The position numbers and the translations under genes are program-made. A stretch of 64,000 nt of DNA from the human T2T-CHM13v2.0 reference genome, Homo sapiens. The stretch is taken from assembly GCA_009914755.4 (NCBI GenBank), contig CP068257.2:22144001-22208000 (forward strand), in the 5' to 3' direction. Shown here in pieces: positions 39,449 through 54,928 of the stretch (its first letter is position 1; the number at the start of each line of letters is the position of its first letter). A model generated the notes under the pieces. The model was not told the origin of the DNA. It saw only the letters and a list, made by a program, of their open reading frames with translations, and ran no database searches.

Positions 39449-39748
39449 TGATATGGTTTGGCTGTGTCCCCACCCAAATCTTTTCTTGAAATTTAGCTCC
39501 CATAATCCCCACGTGTCATCGGAGGGACCCCGTGGGAGGTAATTACATCATGAGGGCGGGTTTTTCCTGTGCTGTTCTTGTGTTAGCAAATAAGTCTCAT
39601 TGGCTCTGATTGTTTTATAAAGGACAGTTTATAAAACTGTGAGGCCTCCCCAGTCATGTGGAACTGTGAGTCCATTAAACCTCTTTCTCTTTGTAAATTA
39701 CCTAGTCTCAGGTATTTCTTCATAACAGCATGAGAACAGACTAATACA
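39449..39748 (+). mobile_element. MaLR solo LTR (THE1/MST family), internally deleted
   Basis: TGATATGGTTTGGCTGTGTCCCCACCCAAATCTTTTCTTGAAATTTAGCTCCCATAATCCCCACGTGTCATCGGAGGGACCCCGTGGGAGGTAATTACATCATGAGGGCGGGTTTTTCCTGTGCTGTTCTTGTG...GCCTCCCCAGTCATGTGGAACTGTGAGTCCATTAAACCTCTTTCTCTTTGTAAATTACCTAGTCTCAGGTATTTCTTCATAACAGCATGAGAACAGACTAATACATA. Confidence 0.75.
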
Positions 39749-40899
39749 TACTTATATAAGTAATTATAAGTATATTATATGTAGTTCAGAAAATAATTTC
39801 TAACTTTTCTATGCAATAGAAGATGGGGATTAAAATTCCAGATAATTAAGTTGATACCAGGACCTCACTTTATTTAATCTCTTAAGAGATTAATTAAGCA
39901 TAAACATTTACATATAGTTAATGGTGGAGATTATGCTGCTATTATAAAAGGTAAAATTTTGATCATCACAAACTATATGGAAATTATTACCCTGAATTTC
40001 AGGATAACTATTTATCACAATTAAATAAGCCAGACAAGAAACAGATACTGTAAACAGACAGGGAAGTTCTCTAGGGATTATAGGATTTTAATCAACTTAA
40101 GCCATCAGCCTGTTTTATAGCCTCTTGCCCTCTAGCCTGTTTCTTCCTAAATCTTGTGTGGAATTCGGTCACCTAAGTGGGCCACCTAAGCTCCTGGCAG
40201 ACTCCAGCAACTTATAGATGAACTCGAGTAACTTTCCTTATTCCTGTACTAAAGTCTCCGCCCCAAGAGGAGATATGGTTTCGTTACCATAATATGCCAC
40301 CTATGTGCAGGCAAAGTGACTCACTGCTTTTGGGCAGCAAAGACTCCTTCTCTACATGTGATGGGCACCCTCTCCCCTCTCCATCACCTCATAAAACCCT
40401 CCTGTCACTTACTCTAGGGGAGATACTGCTCTGGAGAATACTCCTAGTTTTCTCCTTCCTTGCCAGGCAATAACACCCCTCTTGAGAAAAACCTGCATCC
40501 TTGTGAAGAGTCATTGGTTACTTTCCAGGTGAATGAACCCTGTTTTTGGGGGGTAACAATACCACTTCCCAAAGAAGAACAGGTAATGGAAAAGAATTAT
40601 GGTAGCAGTCCAGACTTTAGAAGATAGGTTTGATGAACACAGTTGTAGCATTTGAAAATGAAGAAATAAGAAAGATGGCTAAATAACTGGCAGATGTTTG
40701 CAGGCTGTCTAGAGGCTACTTGCAGTTACAGGAAAAGACAGAAAAAAGATTTTGGAGAAATTCATATGTAATATATTTTGAAATCAACTGGGATTATGAA
40801 TAAATTTCAAAAGTATATGTTTTAAAAGAGAATCATAGGCAAAGCAATTGAATTACTAATTACTGTACCTGCATATACACATCAATATAAGTATACAGA

Positions 40900-40975
40900 T
40901 ATGTATGTGTGTATGTTTGTGTGTCTGTGTGTGTGTATGTATATATATATATATATATATAATATTTATATGTAA
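40900..40975. repeat. (TG)n/(TA)n compound microsatellite
   Basis: atgtatgtgtgtatgtttgtgtgtctgtgtgtgtgtatgtatatatatatatatatatata. Confidence 0.93.
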
Positions 40976-40978
40976 ATA

Positions 40979-41265
<287 letters not shown>

Positions 41266-43198
41266 TATATATGTAAATATATAGAAAAATATACGAAAAG
41301 CATACAAATATATGACTGCACACTAGATATTGACACTCTGCTAATTGCTAATAGCATGTATCTATATTTATAAAATTAGTTTCAGGCTCTAAGCAAATGG
41401 TTGTTTTTCCAAGGTTATTAGAAATATAATGAACAATAATATTGTATATAAATGCACATAAATTTAGCCTTTTGAAGGCATAAATATATATCTGAATGTG
41501 TATATGTATGTACATATTCTTGTATGTGTGTATGTGCATACTCGCCCTTCACAGCATCAAGAACACTGGGAATACTGTATTTCAAAAGTAGAAACAAAAG
41601 TCAGTGATTTGGGTAAGAATTGAAGTGATATTAACCAAATGAACATAAAATGCTTAGTGTCTTCTATTTTAGTCATCTTCTAGTAAGTTCTCTGTAGTAG
41701 ATTTACACATCAGAACTAATAATAAATAAGAAGAAATGAACATGTTACTCTTACGTATGTTTTATTTTGAATTCCAATGTAGATATCTGTGATACATTGA
41801 AATAAATCAGTATTTTTTCTTAAATTTCTTAAATTTTCTACTTTATAAAATAATTACGAATATATGATTTCTGATCCACTACCCACATTGCAATTTCATA
41901 TTTCACTATGGAAGAAAAAATGTCCACCTATTACTTCCACAAGCCCCACAGTAAAGCATTTAGAAAAAGAGAGTTCTCCAGTGCAGTGTTACTTATTTAC
42001 CATTGATCTAAACAATAGGCAAAGTGAACTATCGTTAATCATATTTATTTCCCTTCTTTGAAGGAAGATCTCATTATTACAAGTCAACTAACAATAAGGG
42101 TTTATTACTAGAGAGTCAAAGTTTTTAACATGCAATAGTAAATTTTGTAGATCTATATAGTAATTTCAGGTAATAAGTAATAAGACAGATATAATTTTAC
42201 AAATCAGTAAATCAAAAATACAGAGCCCATGCAAACTGGGCTACAAAAATCCTGATCGCTACTATTATATATGTAATAAACTCAAACAGTAAATGACATG
42301 AGCATTAATGCATCATCTGATTCCAGAATTCCTAAGTTCATTAGCCTTTTTAAAATAAAATTTGACCCTTATGTAATATTAATGATAACCTGCTACATGC
42401 ATATTTTAAAATACATTTTAATGTTGGTGTCACTGTTTCAACTGTAAAGACAGGGCACATTTTAAAAACCTATATGGACCACAGCAGAATTTAAAACATT
42501 ACATTGCAGTGGTTGTGATTTTGTTAATAACAAAATCAGCTCTGACATTTTTATTAAAAAGTTTTTTTATTATTATCTAACTAGATACAGACATGCCTTA
42601 TTTACCTAGAACCACAAATGGACACTCTATCACATAGACCTGCTTTTTCAACTAGCATGTGATTCACTCAAGTCTTAGTCTAGAATCCCCTTGTAACCAG
42701 TTTCTGTTGGACTGCTCTGGTAGAACAGTAGTCATGAATAACAAATAAATAAACACTGAAAATCTCTATTTTAAAAGGTGTCTTGATTTTCTATCATAAA
42801 AGGAATAAGTGTAGGCCAAAATCTGATTATACATTACTCAAGATAAAATTATATTCTATCTTATACCAGAAAGGACTGCAAAAAGTAAAAATTCCACATT
42901 GTTAAGCAGCATTAAATGAGTGCTTCTTATTTACTAAATTATTCTGTTGAGATTCTAATACTATTATAACTTGTTAATTTTCAAATATATCTTTATCACT
43001 GGTCTGTAAGCTCCTTAATAATAGGGATTATGCTTTTTATCCATAAGATTAAGATTTTTATCCCTAAGATCTACACTCTTCACTTTATACTAGATGTTCA
43101 ATAGATATTTGACTCATAAGTGAATAACCTGAATTTTTAAAACATTAATGAGTTTTTACTTTTTGTGCATTTATCAACTTTAATTAAGAAATTAATTT

Positions 43199-43530
<332 letters not shown>

Positions 43531-46500
43531 ACGTGTTTATTGAATGCTTATAATAGGCAACATTGTAGGGCACAATTGGACATAATTTATACATTTGGGA
43601 ATAAAGTAGAAAAGCATTTCAAGTAAGTTTAACAGAATAGGAAAGGAACCATGGTTGGGAAAAGTTAAGACATACATGGTAAGGATGGTGGCTCAGTTCA
43701 GTCAATATAAAAAAATAGGAATTATGTTTGTGACACCCATACAATAGTCCCATAGAACTGATGTTTATAGTTTCTCTGGAATAAACATAGAAATTGACCC
43801 TCCCAGTCTTACAACTTGAAAAAGTTACATTTGTTTTATCTGAGTTCCTTTATCAGGAAATCGACCATCAGGCCTCCCAGATAGTATTAGGGAATGGAAA
43901 TTTATCAGATCAACTCATGCGGACAAGGAGAAGCCAGACCCCTGGCCCATCATGACTGCCTATCCCACCTTCTGCCGACCAATTGCCTAACCTGTTGACC
44001 AACTGCTCTACCTTATCTCTCCCTAAATTCTGTTTTTTCACCCATGGTTACATTTCTTCCCTGCTATATAAACCCCTCATTTTAGTCTGTCAGGGAGATG
44101 GATTTGAGACTCCCTTCTCCTTACCAACAGCACTCAAATAATGTCTTCTCCCTTGGCAGTACTTATTATTTCAGTGGATGGCTTTCTGGTCAGGGAGCAG
44201 CAGGACACAGACAGAACTCTTGCTGTTTGGGTAACATTTGTAAGGGAATAATATAGTAAAAGTATTTTGAGACCTGGACAATAGACACCTTAAGAGTTGA
44301 TACATTTGAATATCTTTGATTGTAGACCATGGGAAACGGAGACTGAGAATTTTTGCTGAAATAAAGAAATCCTTAGATTTGTGCTTCAAGAAGTGTAATC
44401 TGCCAGTGAAGCATGAAAAGTATCACAGAAACAGAGAATGGAGGCAGAGAGACAAACGTAATGGTTCTGCCTCTATTTCAAACAGAATATTAAGGCCTTA
44501 AGGATGGTGGAAATAAAAATGAAGAGATGAAAAGAAATGGTAAATATTACAAAAAATGTATAAATAGAACCTACAAATACAGTAAATGTGGGGAAAATGT
44601 ACAGAGGTTTAATCAAGCATGAGGCTCACATTTATATAGTAAAACTGACACTAGAATGGATTTCATGTCTTTAGTATCATAAATTTGACGTGGTAAAACA
44701 TCACAATATTTTTATTCAATGCCACAAGGCATTCGAGTTTGAAAGCTAACCAAGTAGAAAAAAAAATGGTAAAAAGGATAGCTGCCTCAGTTTATAACAT
44801 ATTTTTTCACAGTTTCTCCTGGCATTAACAACAAATAATTCTTCCTTAGGGTGAAAAATGTAGGCAAAACTACTACTTGGCTAAAATTGCTAAATAAGTC
44901 AGCCCAGTCTTATCTGGGCCGAACTTGTATTTCTTGGCTAATGGAAGTTGGTTTTGTGTGTATCACCAATCACGAATCTTCTGAAGAGTTTATATTTTCT
45001 AAAATTGTATATTTTATGTCTTATATAATAAAATGTATGAGCCTGAAGGTTTGGAGACCAGGTTTTAGAAATAATTTTACACCCTAGTGCTTAAATATGC
45101 AATATCCATTCAGTAATTTAGATTAAAAATTACCAAAGCAGGATTCCTCTTGTTACGTTTGTACCATAAGTTAGCTTTGTCTTACTTTCTTCTATATTCT
45201 CAATCAGTTTTTGTAGATAAACCCTTTTTTTACTACTGTCAAGTTATATGCATTAAATTTATTAACCAGCAAAAGTATTTAAAGAGGGCCCTGCTAGATA
45301 CATATTTTATTTTTTTGGCATGCATTTGCATAAGTCTGTCAAAAGAGTATTATGGCTCACTTTTAAACATTCTAGATCCAGATTTTTTCCTTTAAATCTT
45401 GTAGGATGCATAGTAGAAAAATCAAATGTTATTACGGTTAAAATATAAAATGATCCACACTAAAATTTTAAAGAGTTTAACTCTTTAAAATAAAGAGAAT
45501 CAAATTCAAAATCATAGGCGTGTGAAAAGAAGGCTTTTATTTTTTTTAATAGGGTGAACATAGAAATAAAGAAAAGCACCTGTTTTATTGTTTGCAGCTA
45601 TGTAGTGGCCTTATTTGGTCTGTCCCATTGGAAAGTGCCTAGTTATATAACTATAAGTTAACTGGCAACCTGCTATTGGTTAAGCTTAACTTTCTTTTTT
45701 TTTTTTTTAAATATAGGCATTTACACAAAACAGCCTAAATTACATTTCACTTATGTTTGCATATCAAACAAGGTTAAGGCCACTTTCAAGGCCTGTCTTT
45801 TTCTGCTCAGGGATTATTTTCAGGCCTAGTCTCCATTTCATTTTACTTAAACTGGACCAATGACACATGATTACAAATTAGAAATGTATAAATACAAAGA
45901 TAACAGTGTGTAGTTTATGAGACAGATAGGCTCATAAACTGCATTTCTTCTCACACCCAACTTATCTCCATGTGGTGCACCTACCTACATCCTAAAGCAA
46001 AACCTTAAACGCCTTTAAAATAATCCAATGGAAGGAAAAAGGGGAAAAGAAAAAAGAGAGAGGCAAGAAAGAAGGAAGCACAAGTGATGGTAGTGAAAAG
46101 GAGAGACACATCTCTTCAGTTGGAACTTCCTACAGGAGGCTTTGCCAAGCCACCAAGTGATTAATTCAGATTTTGGCTGTGGCTTTCAGGAAAGAACACC
46201 TTGGAACTTTACTATTGAAACAGGAAAAGTTCCTTTGTCCCCCTCGCAGGGCGTGCAATGGGGGTGGGGCTCACTTATACAGCACCCCACTGCTCAGACC
46301 TCTAGGGGAGCATACAGACGGGCAGTCTGTGGGGGCTCCAACCCTACGGCAGTGTCTAGGGGTGAATGTTTACAGCTCCTGAAGCCCCAGTGGGCGTGTG
46401 TTACAGGGTTCTCTTTTAGTTTGGTGTTTATAGGCAGCCTGTGTCAACCAGCTCAATTAGACCCTCTATCTTGTCACAAGGACAGAGGGCTTTCTGTAAC

Positions 46501-46706
46501 CTGGGTTCTTGCCCTGGTGTACTGGAAGAATTGGATTACATGTGGGCTTGGAGAATGAATGCAAAGTTTCATTGAGTGGAAGTAGCTCTCTGCCGATAAG
46601 GGAGCCAGATAGGAGATGGATTCCCCTGGAGTTGAGCCACTCGGTGGCCCTGGTTCTCCTCCTACTGCACAGCCAAACTCCACATTGTTCCACCAGTCGG
46701 TGGCCT

Positions 46707-46803
46707 GCTGGCCTGCTGGCGCCTGTCAGCATGCTCTTCTGCTGGCATGCTCTCGTTGACCTGCTGGTGCCTGTCAGCATGCTCTTCTGCTGGCGTGCTC
46801 TCG
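46707..46803. repeat. Tandem duplication, 48-bp unit x2 (CTGCTGG(C/T)GCCTGTCAGCATGCTCTTCTGCTGGC(A/G)TGCTCTCGTTGAC)
   Basis: cctgctggcgcctgtcagcatgctcttctgctggcatgctctcgttgacctgctggtgcctgtcagcatgctcttctgctggcgtgctctcgttgacc. Confidence 0.85.
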
Positions 46804-47152
46804 TTGACCAGCCACTTGTGTCTTCTTTCGCTGATGTGTTCTTCACGATGTCCAGCCACTTGTGTCTGCCTGCTAGGGTCTAAGATTTTTTTATAGGCCC
46901 AAGATAGGGGCGTGGTGGGCCGTGGTGGTCTTGGGAAATGCAACATTTGGGCACAAAGGCAGGAATGCCTGTCCTCACCTAGGTCCATGGGGGTGTAGCC
47001 CTAGCCAGGGATCACACCCTTCTCTACCCAGCACTTCTTCCCACTTCTGTTTCATTTAAAGGGACCATGCTCTTCCCTTCCCAGCACTCCTGTATCACTA
47101 CTCATAAACAAGACGAATATGCAACAAGGTTAGTTAAAAAAATAAAGTTGTT

Positions 47153-47447
47153 GGCTGGGTGTGGTGGCTCACGCCTGTAATCCCAGCACTTTGGGAAGTC
47201 GAGGCGGGCGGATCACCCGAGGTCAGGAGTTTGAGACCAGCCTGGCCAACATGGTGAAACCCCATCTCTCTAAAAATACAAAATTAGTCAGACGTGGTGG
47301 CACATGCCTGTAATCCCAATGACTCGGGAGGCTGAGACAGGAGAATTGCTTGAACCCAGGAGGCAGAGGTTGCAGTGAGCCAAGATCTCACTCCAGTCTG
47401 GGCAGAAAAGAGTGAAACTCTGTGTCAATAGTAATAATAATAATAAG
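47153..47447 (+). mobile_element. Alu SINE with (TAA)n tail
   Basis: GGCTGGGTGTGGTGGCTCACGCCTGTAATCCCAGCACTTTGGGAAGTCGAGGCGGGCGGATCACCCGAGGTCAGGAGTTTGAGACCAGCCTGGCCAACATGGTGAAACCCCATCTCTCTAAAAATACAAAATTAGTCAGACGTGGTGGCACATGCCTGTAATCCCAATGACTCGGGAGGCTGAGACAGGAGAATTGC...AATAGTAATAATAATAATAAGG. Confidence 0.92.
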
Positions 47448-49150
47448 GCTGTCATTTTATTCATTTCTAATATACACAAGTAAATAAAGAATAGAAATTC
47501 AGCATTGTTTTTCTAAAATCAGAAGACATCCATTAGCCCCTGACCCCTACCCCAACCTGCAAATAGTTAGTAAAGATCAATTATGTTTCAGGCCCACTGG
47601 TAAATATTAATCTGGCTGTGTCCTGAAGTAGAAAAGATTGAGACTAATTGAAGAGTCTGGTGGGACTCCAGGATAAGGAATTCTTTAGAAAATTTCTACT
47701 AACCCAAGTGTCCTCGGAGACACACTTGGGTTAGCAGAAAGCTGGTAGTAGGGCCTGTCTCAGAGGGCTCTGGGGCACAATGACTGAGAATTTAGGAGAA
47801 GCCCACATAGCAACACTGTGCAGTGGCAAAGGATGCCACAGCAATGAGGACTTCCCAATGATGCCACGACAGGTGCAGGTGATAGGGAAAGGAGGCAGAG
47901 AAATTCTAGGCAGAAAAGGGCAAGTCCCCATAAAACCTCACCGTCAAGCCTGAAACCACAGCTCAAAGTGAGAACTTATATCCCTATTTTCCGGCCTGAA
48001 TGTCACCTTTTTCTAAACCAACCATGGACCACCCTGTCCCCATCTTGTGCCGATAAAAACCCCAGACTCAGCCCGTAAAGAGAGAGAAACAACTGGGTGC
48101 TAGAGAGTATGGCTGGACATCAGAGAGAAGTGGTTTGACTTCAGAAAGAGAGCTTGATGGTGTAACTCCAGAGAAGAATCCAGCAGGAGATGGCCAGACT
48201 TCAGGGGAAGATTAGCTTCCCACCCTATCTTCTTTTCTGCTCCCTTTTGACTAAGAGCCACTTTCATCGGCAATAAAGTCCCCTGCATTTACCATCCTTC
48301 AATTCGTTCATGTGACCTAATTTCTCCGGGATACTGGACAAGAGCTCGGGAGCCACGAGTGCAGATACAAAAGAATGTCGCACTGGCCCTTGGCCCTTGC
48401 TGGCAGAAGGCAACTGCCTTATGTGAAGAGGCAGAGACCCGCTGAGCAGTTAACACTCAGGCTGTCCACAGACAGCAGAGCTAAAAGAGCACTGTAACAC
48501 TCTCTCTGGGGATCCAGGGGTCATGGGCACTGCCCAGATGCTGCTGCAGGACCTGCATGGAGTTCGCTCCTGCAGCTCCCAAAAGCTCTTGCCTGGCTCC
48601 TGTACCTGCTCCCCTTCACACTCCCTCCCATGGGGGGTGGAACACAGCAGGTCTGAGTGGGTGGAGTTTGCCCTTGCTGGTGCTGAAGTGGCCGGCTGGT
48701 TCCATCACTCATGCACTCCAGTTCTCCCCTCATTCACTTACGTGTTTCCTCTATGAGGAGTTGAGAGCTGCAGGCTGAGTGGCCAAGGCAGCCCGTCATG
48801 AGTCCCGTGAAGGGATCAGGGAAATATCCTGCTTCAGAGGTCCCAACATAGACCTTCCTGTGACTGTGGGAGCCTGTGCTCCCAGCTATTGAGGTTTAAA
48901 CACAAAACAGAATCAATCACTAAGATCCTACTTTGTGGCAAACTCATTGAGTTCTATGATTGGGACTAAAATATTTTTGCATTACCATTGAAATTATTTA
49001 AATACTTCCTTTATGCTAACAGTTGCTAAACACAACATTCTTGACATATGGCTAAACATATTTAAAATTTATTAACTTTTCATGAGATGAATTATAGTTA
49101 TATTTTATATGTAAAATATGAAAATGTTCCTCATGCGAGCTTGCTAATTA

Positions 49151-49525
<375 letters not shown>

Positions 49526-50252
49526 TTAGTTAGGAGGATGAATGCCTGTGTGTGCTCCCTGGCGAAAAAAATAAAATATATACTTTGTATAGCTCTAGAG
49601 TGGTAAGGGATAAGAGATCTTCAGGGGCATCTAGTCCAGTTTCCATCTGATGTTGAATCACCTATCTAACAAAATGCCAGACATGTGCTCACCTAGGCTG
49701 TGCCTGAAAACTTTCAGTGATGCAGACAATATTATGGCTTAAGGTTCTGCTTCTCTAGAGGCAGTCAGAGTTATCCGTGGACAGCTCTGAGTGGTGGAAA
49801 ATTTCTCTTTACATTTAGCTAAAACTGTGTTCCCTGGAGTTTCATCTTTTTCATTCCAGTTTGAAGCATCAGGGCTATAAGGAACAAATCAAAGGCCTCT
49901 TGCACATGAAAGCACTTGGTCTATTTAAGGAGAACTCTCTTATTCCCCTTGAGTTTTCTCTTCTAGAGATTCAATATCCACAGTTTCTTTGAGGAGGCTT
50001 CATCTGTCATGTTGTCAATTCCCTTCATAATTTTAGTCTCCTCAGCTCTGAATGTCTTCCACTTTGTCAATATCTTTCTTAAAGTCTGGTGACTTGAATG
50101 GAACAAACAGATTCGGCCAAATGACAGGCAGTATACTGTCACTTTCTTTGTCCTGGGCTTCTGTCGCTTTTCTCATTTTACATGTCTATCAGTGTAACTA
50201 AGTTCAAAATGGCTTTTTAGGCAGTATGACTTATGATGATTCATGTTGTTAA

Positions 50253-50667
<415 letters not shown>

Positions 50668-52763
50668 TAAATCCTTGTTTTTCATCTGAGAACCTCACAT
50701 TAAATTCAGCTAATTTTTATATATAATCTTAAATTCATCTGTCTGGCTTTCCAAGAAAACCGTTGTCTCCTGGCCCTGTCATTTACTACCTCTCCCAGAT
50801 TTCAGAAATATTATTAGATTCTAGAGTGCATGATTCTTTGCTCTCAAGTGTCAACCACATAACTTAGCCAAACAGAAAATCACAATCATAATCTAAGGAT
50901 TTTTTTTTTCAAATTGCCTCAGAAAAACTTGATTATCTCAGTTATCTTGCATTTATTCTCTCCACATTTTTATTGTTAAAACCTAGGCAATTAAAAATTG
51001 TCTATTGGACTAGAAGCTTCATGCTGTTCTGTGTTTGGGTTTCCGTTGTGTATCTAGGATCTGACAAAGTGAGCACGTGCTGAATATTTATTTAACACAT
51101 GGGTTATTGATGTTATTTGCATGCTATGCTGGCACATGCTCTACTGCTATGAAAAAGCTGTACATAAATAATTTCTGGTGGTTAGAGACTCTTAGTGGAG
51201 TTACCTTATAAAAATATTTGAGTCGATAAGACAAACAAATAAAAACATTCACAGGGTAACTCATCTTAAAATGTTACAGAAAATAGTTACTTAAAACAAT
51301 CTACCATTTAAATACAAAAAGCACACACATGTTTGACACATAATAAAGATACAGCTGCATTTTCAGGAAGTTGTTTTATAACATCCTAAAAATAGTTCAA
51401 TTATGATGTTACCGTGTATCAAAGCAGAAAAGGAGAGAACAACTTTAAGCCAATTAAATGGGCATTACAAGCAGCTGTTCCAGAAAAGGCTGCTGGCATT
51501 AGAAAAGGCTACTGCTATACAGAAAATTATTTCTTTCCTTTTTTTGTCTCCCTGAAAGATGCAACATATACGGATTCACATCTTCATATGTGGCCTATCT
51601 AAGACATAAAATCTTTTAAAAGTGTTTTCTCTATGCTGTCAAAACTCTATGAGCCAGAACTTCATGCAAAATGGTGTTTATTTTGGTGTTTTGTCATCGC
51701 TCTCCTAGGTCATTTGAAAACCAGAAAATAATGAGTTTGAGAAAAAAATCCTTGATAGATAAACACTGCATAGAAGAGCGCTTTAAGAATCTAGGACTTG
51801 AATAAAGGCTTACCTTTAATTTTAACCAGATTTCTCCATCAGTATCGGCATATGCATGTAAAGAGATATTTCAGGATTTTTTAAAAAACTATTAAGATTC
51901 AATACCTCTTGCTAATCAAATACATATATTAAAAATATCATTAAGAATAAGCTTGCAAGCTGATGCTGTTTTCAAATACTAATCATAGCCTTCACAGTAC
52001 CTGGAACTGACAGGTGCCATTGTGTGAAAATCATGAAATCAAAGAAGCCATATTCATTTTCCCTTGAATGTCACTTAATACTGCAATGACTACATCTTTG
52101 ACTTAACTACCGCTATTGTGAGCCAATATTTGTGGTTAAATTCTTTCTTTTACATTGAGGGGAATACTCTAATTTACTTTCTGGAGAATAAACAAAAAGA
52201 ACAGATCTTTCTGATCATAACCTATCGCCTTGCCAATGGTGGTCACTTAAAAGTACTCGTTCAACCGCAATTCCAGGTACAAGTCCAGGTCTGTGAGAAT
52301 ATTCATCAGCTTTCATCTGCAGTGACATTGCTTGCTCTGTGTCACACTAAGGGTGCTTGGGAAGCCTGCATTAGCAGCGATATCAAGACTCTACTCTTTG
52401 TTCATGGACTGTAGGGAAATATTTGCACAAAAAATATGATTATTGTAAATATGTTTCAAAAATATTAACATTTACATGTCACTAATTTCAACTTGTTTTA
52501 ATAAACTGTGATCTGAGTAACATTTTTGCCAAGCACTAAATATTGGAAATACTATTCTTAAAAATGATAATTCATACTAGTTATACTCATTCAAGTACTT
52601 GTGTGACTCAAAGTATCATAAATCATAACTACAGAGAGACTTTAAATATCATTAACTTCATTTCCCTCATTTTATAAATAACCTGAAGCCAAGCAAGATT
52701 TGTTAGGAAGTAATGTAACCCAAGATGGTGCATCAGTATCCTGACTTCCACACAATTGCACTT

Positions 52764-53057
52764 TTTTTTTTTTTTTTGATGGAGTCTTGCTCTGTTGCCC
52801 AGGCCGGAGTGCAGTCGCACAAACTAGGCTCACTGCAAGCTCCGCCTCCTGGGTTCATGCCATTCTCCTGCCTCAGCCTCCCGAGTAGCTGGGACTACAG
52901 GCACCCACCATCACGCCCGGCTAATTTTTTTGTATTTTTAGTAGAGACAGGGTTTCACCATGTTAGCCAGGATGGTCTTGATCTCCTGACCTTGTAATCC
53001 ACCCACCTTGCCCTCCCAAAGTGCTGGGATTACAGGCATGAGCCATCACGCACGGCC
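52764..53057 (-). mobile_element. Alu SINE with target-site duplication (ACA(A/T)TTGCACTTTT)
   Basis: (T)15 GATGGAGTCTTGCTCTGTTGCCCAGGCCGGAGTGCAGTCGCACAAACTAGGCTCACTGCAAGCTCCGCCTCCTGGGTTCATGCC...GGGATTACAGGCATGAGCCATCACGCACGGCC. Flanks ACAATTGCACTTTT / ACATTTGCACTTTT. Confidence 0.93.
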
Positions 53058-54928
53058 ACATTTGCACTTTTGTATGTTAACTACTTCTGCAAGGTATGAA
53101 AGGTTGAATTATATTCAGGTTTAAATTAAAGAATAAAATAATGTTACTGAAACACCAGGAGTTTTGTCTAGGTCCTGCTGCTTACAACACATAATGCCAG
53201 TCATAAAGACAAGAAGTATTGCAGGGAAGAGGCTTCAATCTGGGGCGGCAGCTGAAGAGATGGGAGATCAGTCTCAAATCCATCTCCCTGACTGACTAAA
53301 ATTAGGGATTTATATGGGAAGGAAGAAATGTAACCATGTATGGGAAAACAGGAGTTAGGGAAGAGTAAAGAAAAGGAATTGGTCAATATGTGGTCAGGTG
53401 ATCATGATGGGTGAGAGGTCTGGTATCCCCTTGTCAGATGTGGTGATCTGGTGAATGTCAGTTCCTTGATTCTATCTTAAGCCCTGATGGCTGGTTTCCT
53501 GAGAAAGGAACTCAGATAAAACAAATGAAGCTTTTCAAGTTTCAAGACTGGGAGGAACAGTTTCTATGTTTATTCAAAGGAAACCACAGACATTGGTTCT
53601 ATGGGACAGCTTGGGTGGTTTCAGTAACATTTCATAAACCCTGAGCAATGTCCTCAAATGTGTTTTGTTCTACCCACCTAGGGCCCCTGCACAGCTAATT
53701 TCTTGTCCAGTTACCTATTTTCTGCCATGTCTGAATGAACCTTTTATTGTCTGTTCCAGGAATGGACCTGAGCCCACTAAATATTATTTCTTAGCCAGCT
53801 GACACAATGTAAAGTTTTATGAGCAGGGGATGCTGAAAATACTTTGCAGAAAGAAAGAGCTTTTCTTCTTGGTCTAAGGTGCTCCTCGTGGCAGTATCTC
53901 ACAGTACATAGGGTATCCCCAGTGTCCAGCTCTGCAGTGCAGATGACTTCTCTAGTACTGAGTCATGCTGCACACACTTCTCCAGAAAACAGCTCCTGCA
54001 ATGGATAGAAGCCAGCAGCCCAAAGCCTACAGGATAAGCCAAAAGCATCCACAGGTTGTTTTGTAGAGGACTTACTCCAGTGGGTCACCTTCGAGTGAAT
54101 GGCTTTACTTGACACTCTAGAGGGCAGTTTCTGGCAAGTTCTACATGTGTGATGCCTCAGCTACTTCTCTGCCATTCAACAACTGTGCCCTCCCTAACAA
54201 GGTCTGACTTTGTCAGGAGAGATCTTGATAGGGAGGGTCTCTCTAACAAGGAGAGAATGGGGACCTGACTCAAGTGCCATTGATTGCCCATTATAGTTTC
54301 TATCCTACATTTTTAGAGTTCTTTTTACTTCTTACCAGCCAATTCCTCATTAATCCAATCTCCTAGTATAGTTAACATCCTTTTTCTTTGCTGTTCAAAT
54401 TGCTCGGCAGTATCTGTCTTCTCATTGCACCCTTACTGATACACTTCTCTTTTCCTGGAAGTTTTAACTCTTCCCATATTTTCTTCATTATTTTATACTC
54501 ATCTTCCTGAATCCAGCTCAAATGTCACATTCTCAAGAAAGACTTTGAAATTCACCCTGAGATGAATTTATATTTTTTCTTCATTGACCTTATTGTTCCA
54601 TATACTTTTTTTCATAGCCTTTACCACAGTTTTAATGTTATATATTTCTGTGACTATTTGATTACTCTGCTATTCATCTCAAATTTCTATGAGGGAGGAA
54701 ACAGTATTTCTGTCTCTTTTTGTCAATGTATATTTAAATCCCTGTACCAGATCTGGCACACTGCAGTACCCTGTAAATATTACTGCAAGAATAAAACAAC
54801 ATCTTTAATAAAGCTTTAGATTGACTCTCAAAGTTTGGAGAACTTCTAGAGAAACAGGGTAGTTTCTGAACCCCTTTTGGAAAAGCAGAGAAGCCCTGAA
54901 GATTTAACGACTAAGAATTTAAAAATAT

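Noticed and set aside
46142-46988. ORFs 46142..46558(+) 138 aa, 46466..46846(-) 126 aa, 46509..46883(+) 124 aa and 46662..46988(-) 108 aa as possible genes
   Set aside because: They overlap each other on both strands inside a GC-richer LTR-like block that contains a 48-bp tandem duplication. They have no homology I can recognise. They are more likely a compositional artefact, and they are kept only as part of the LTR-like finding.
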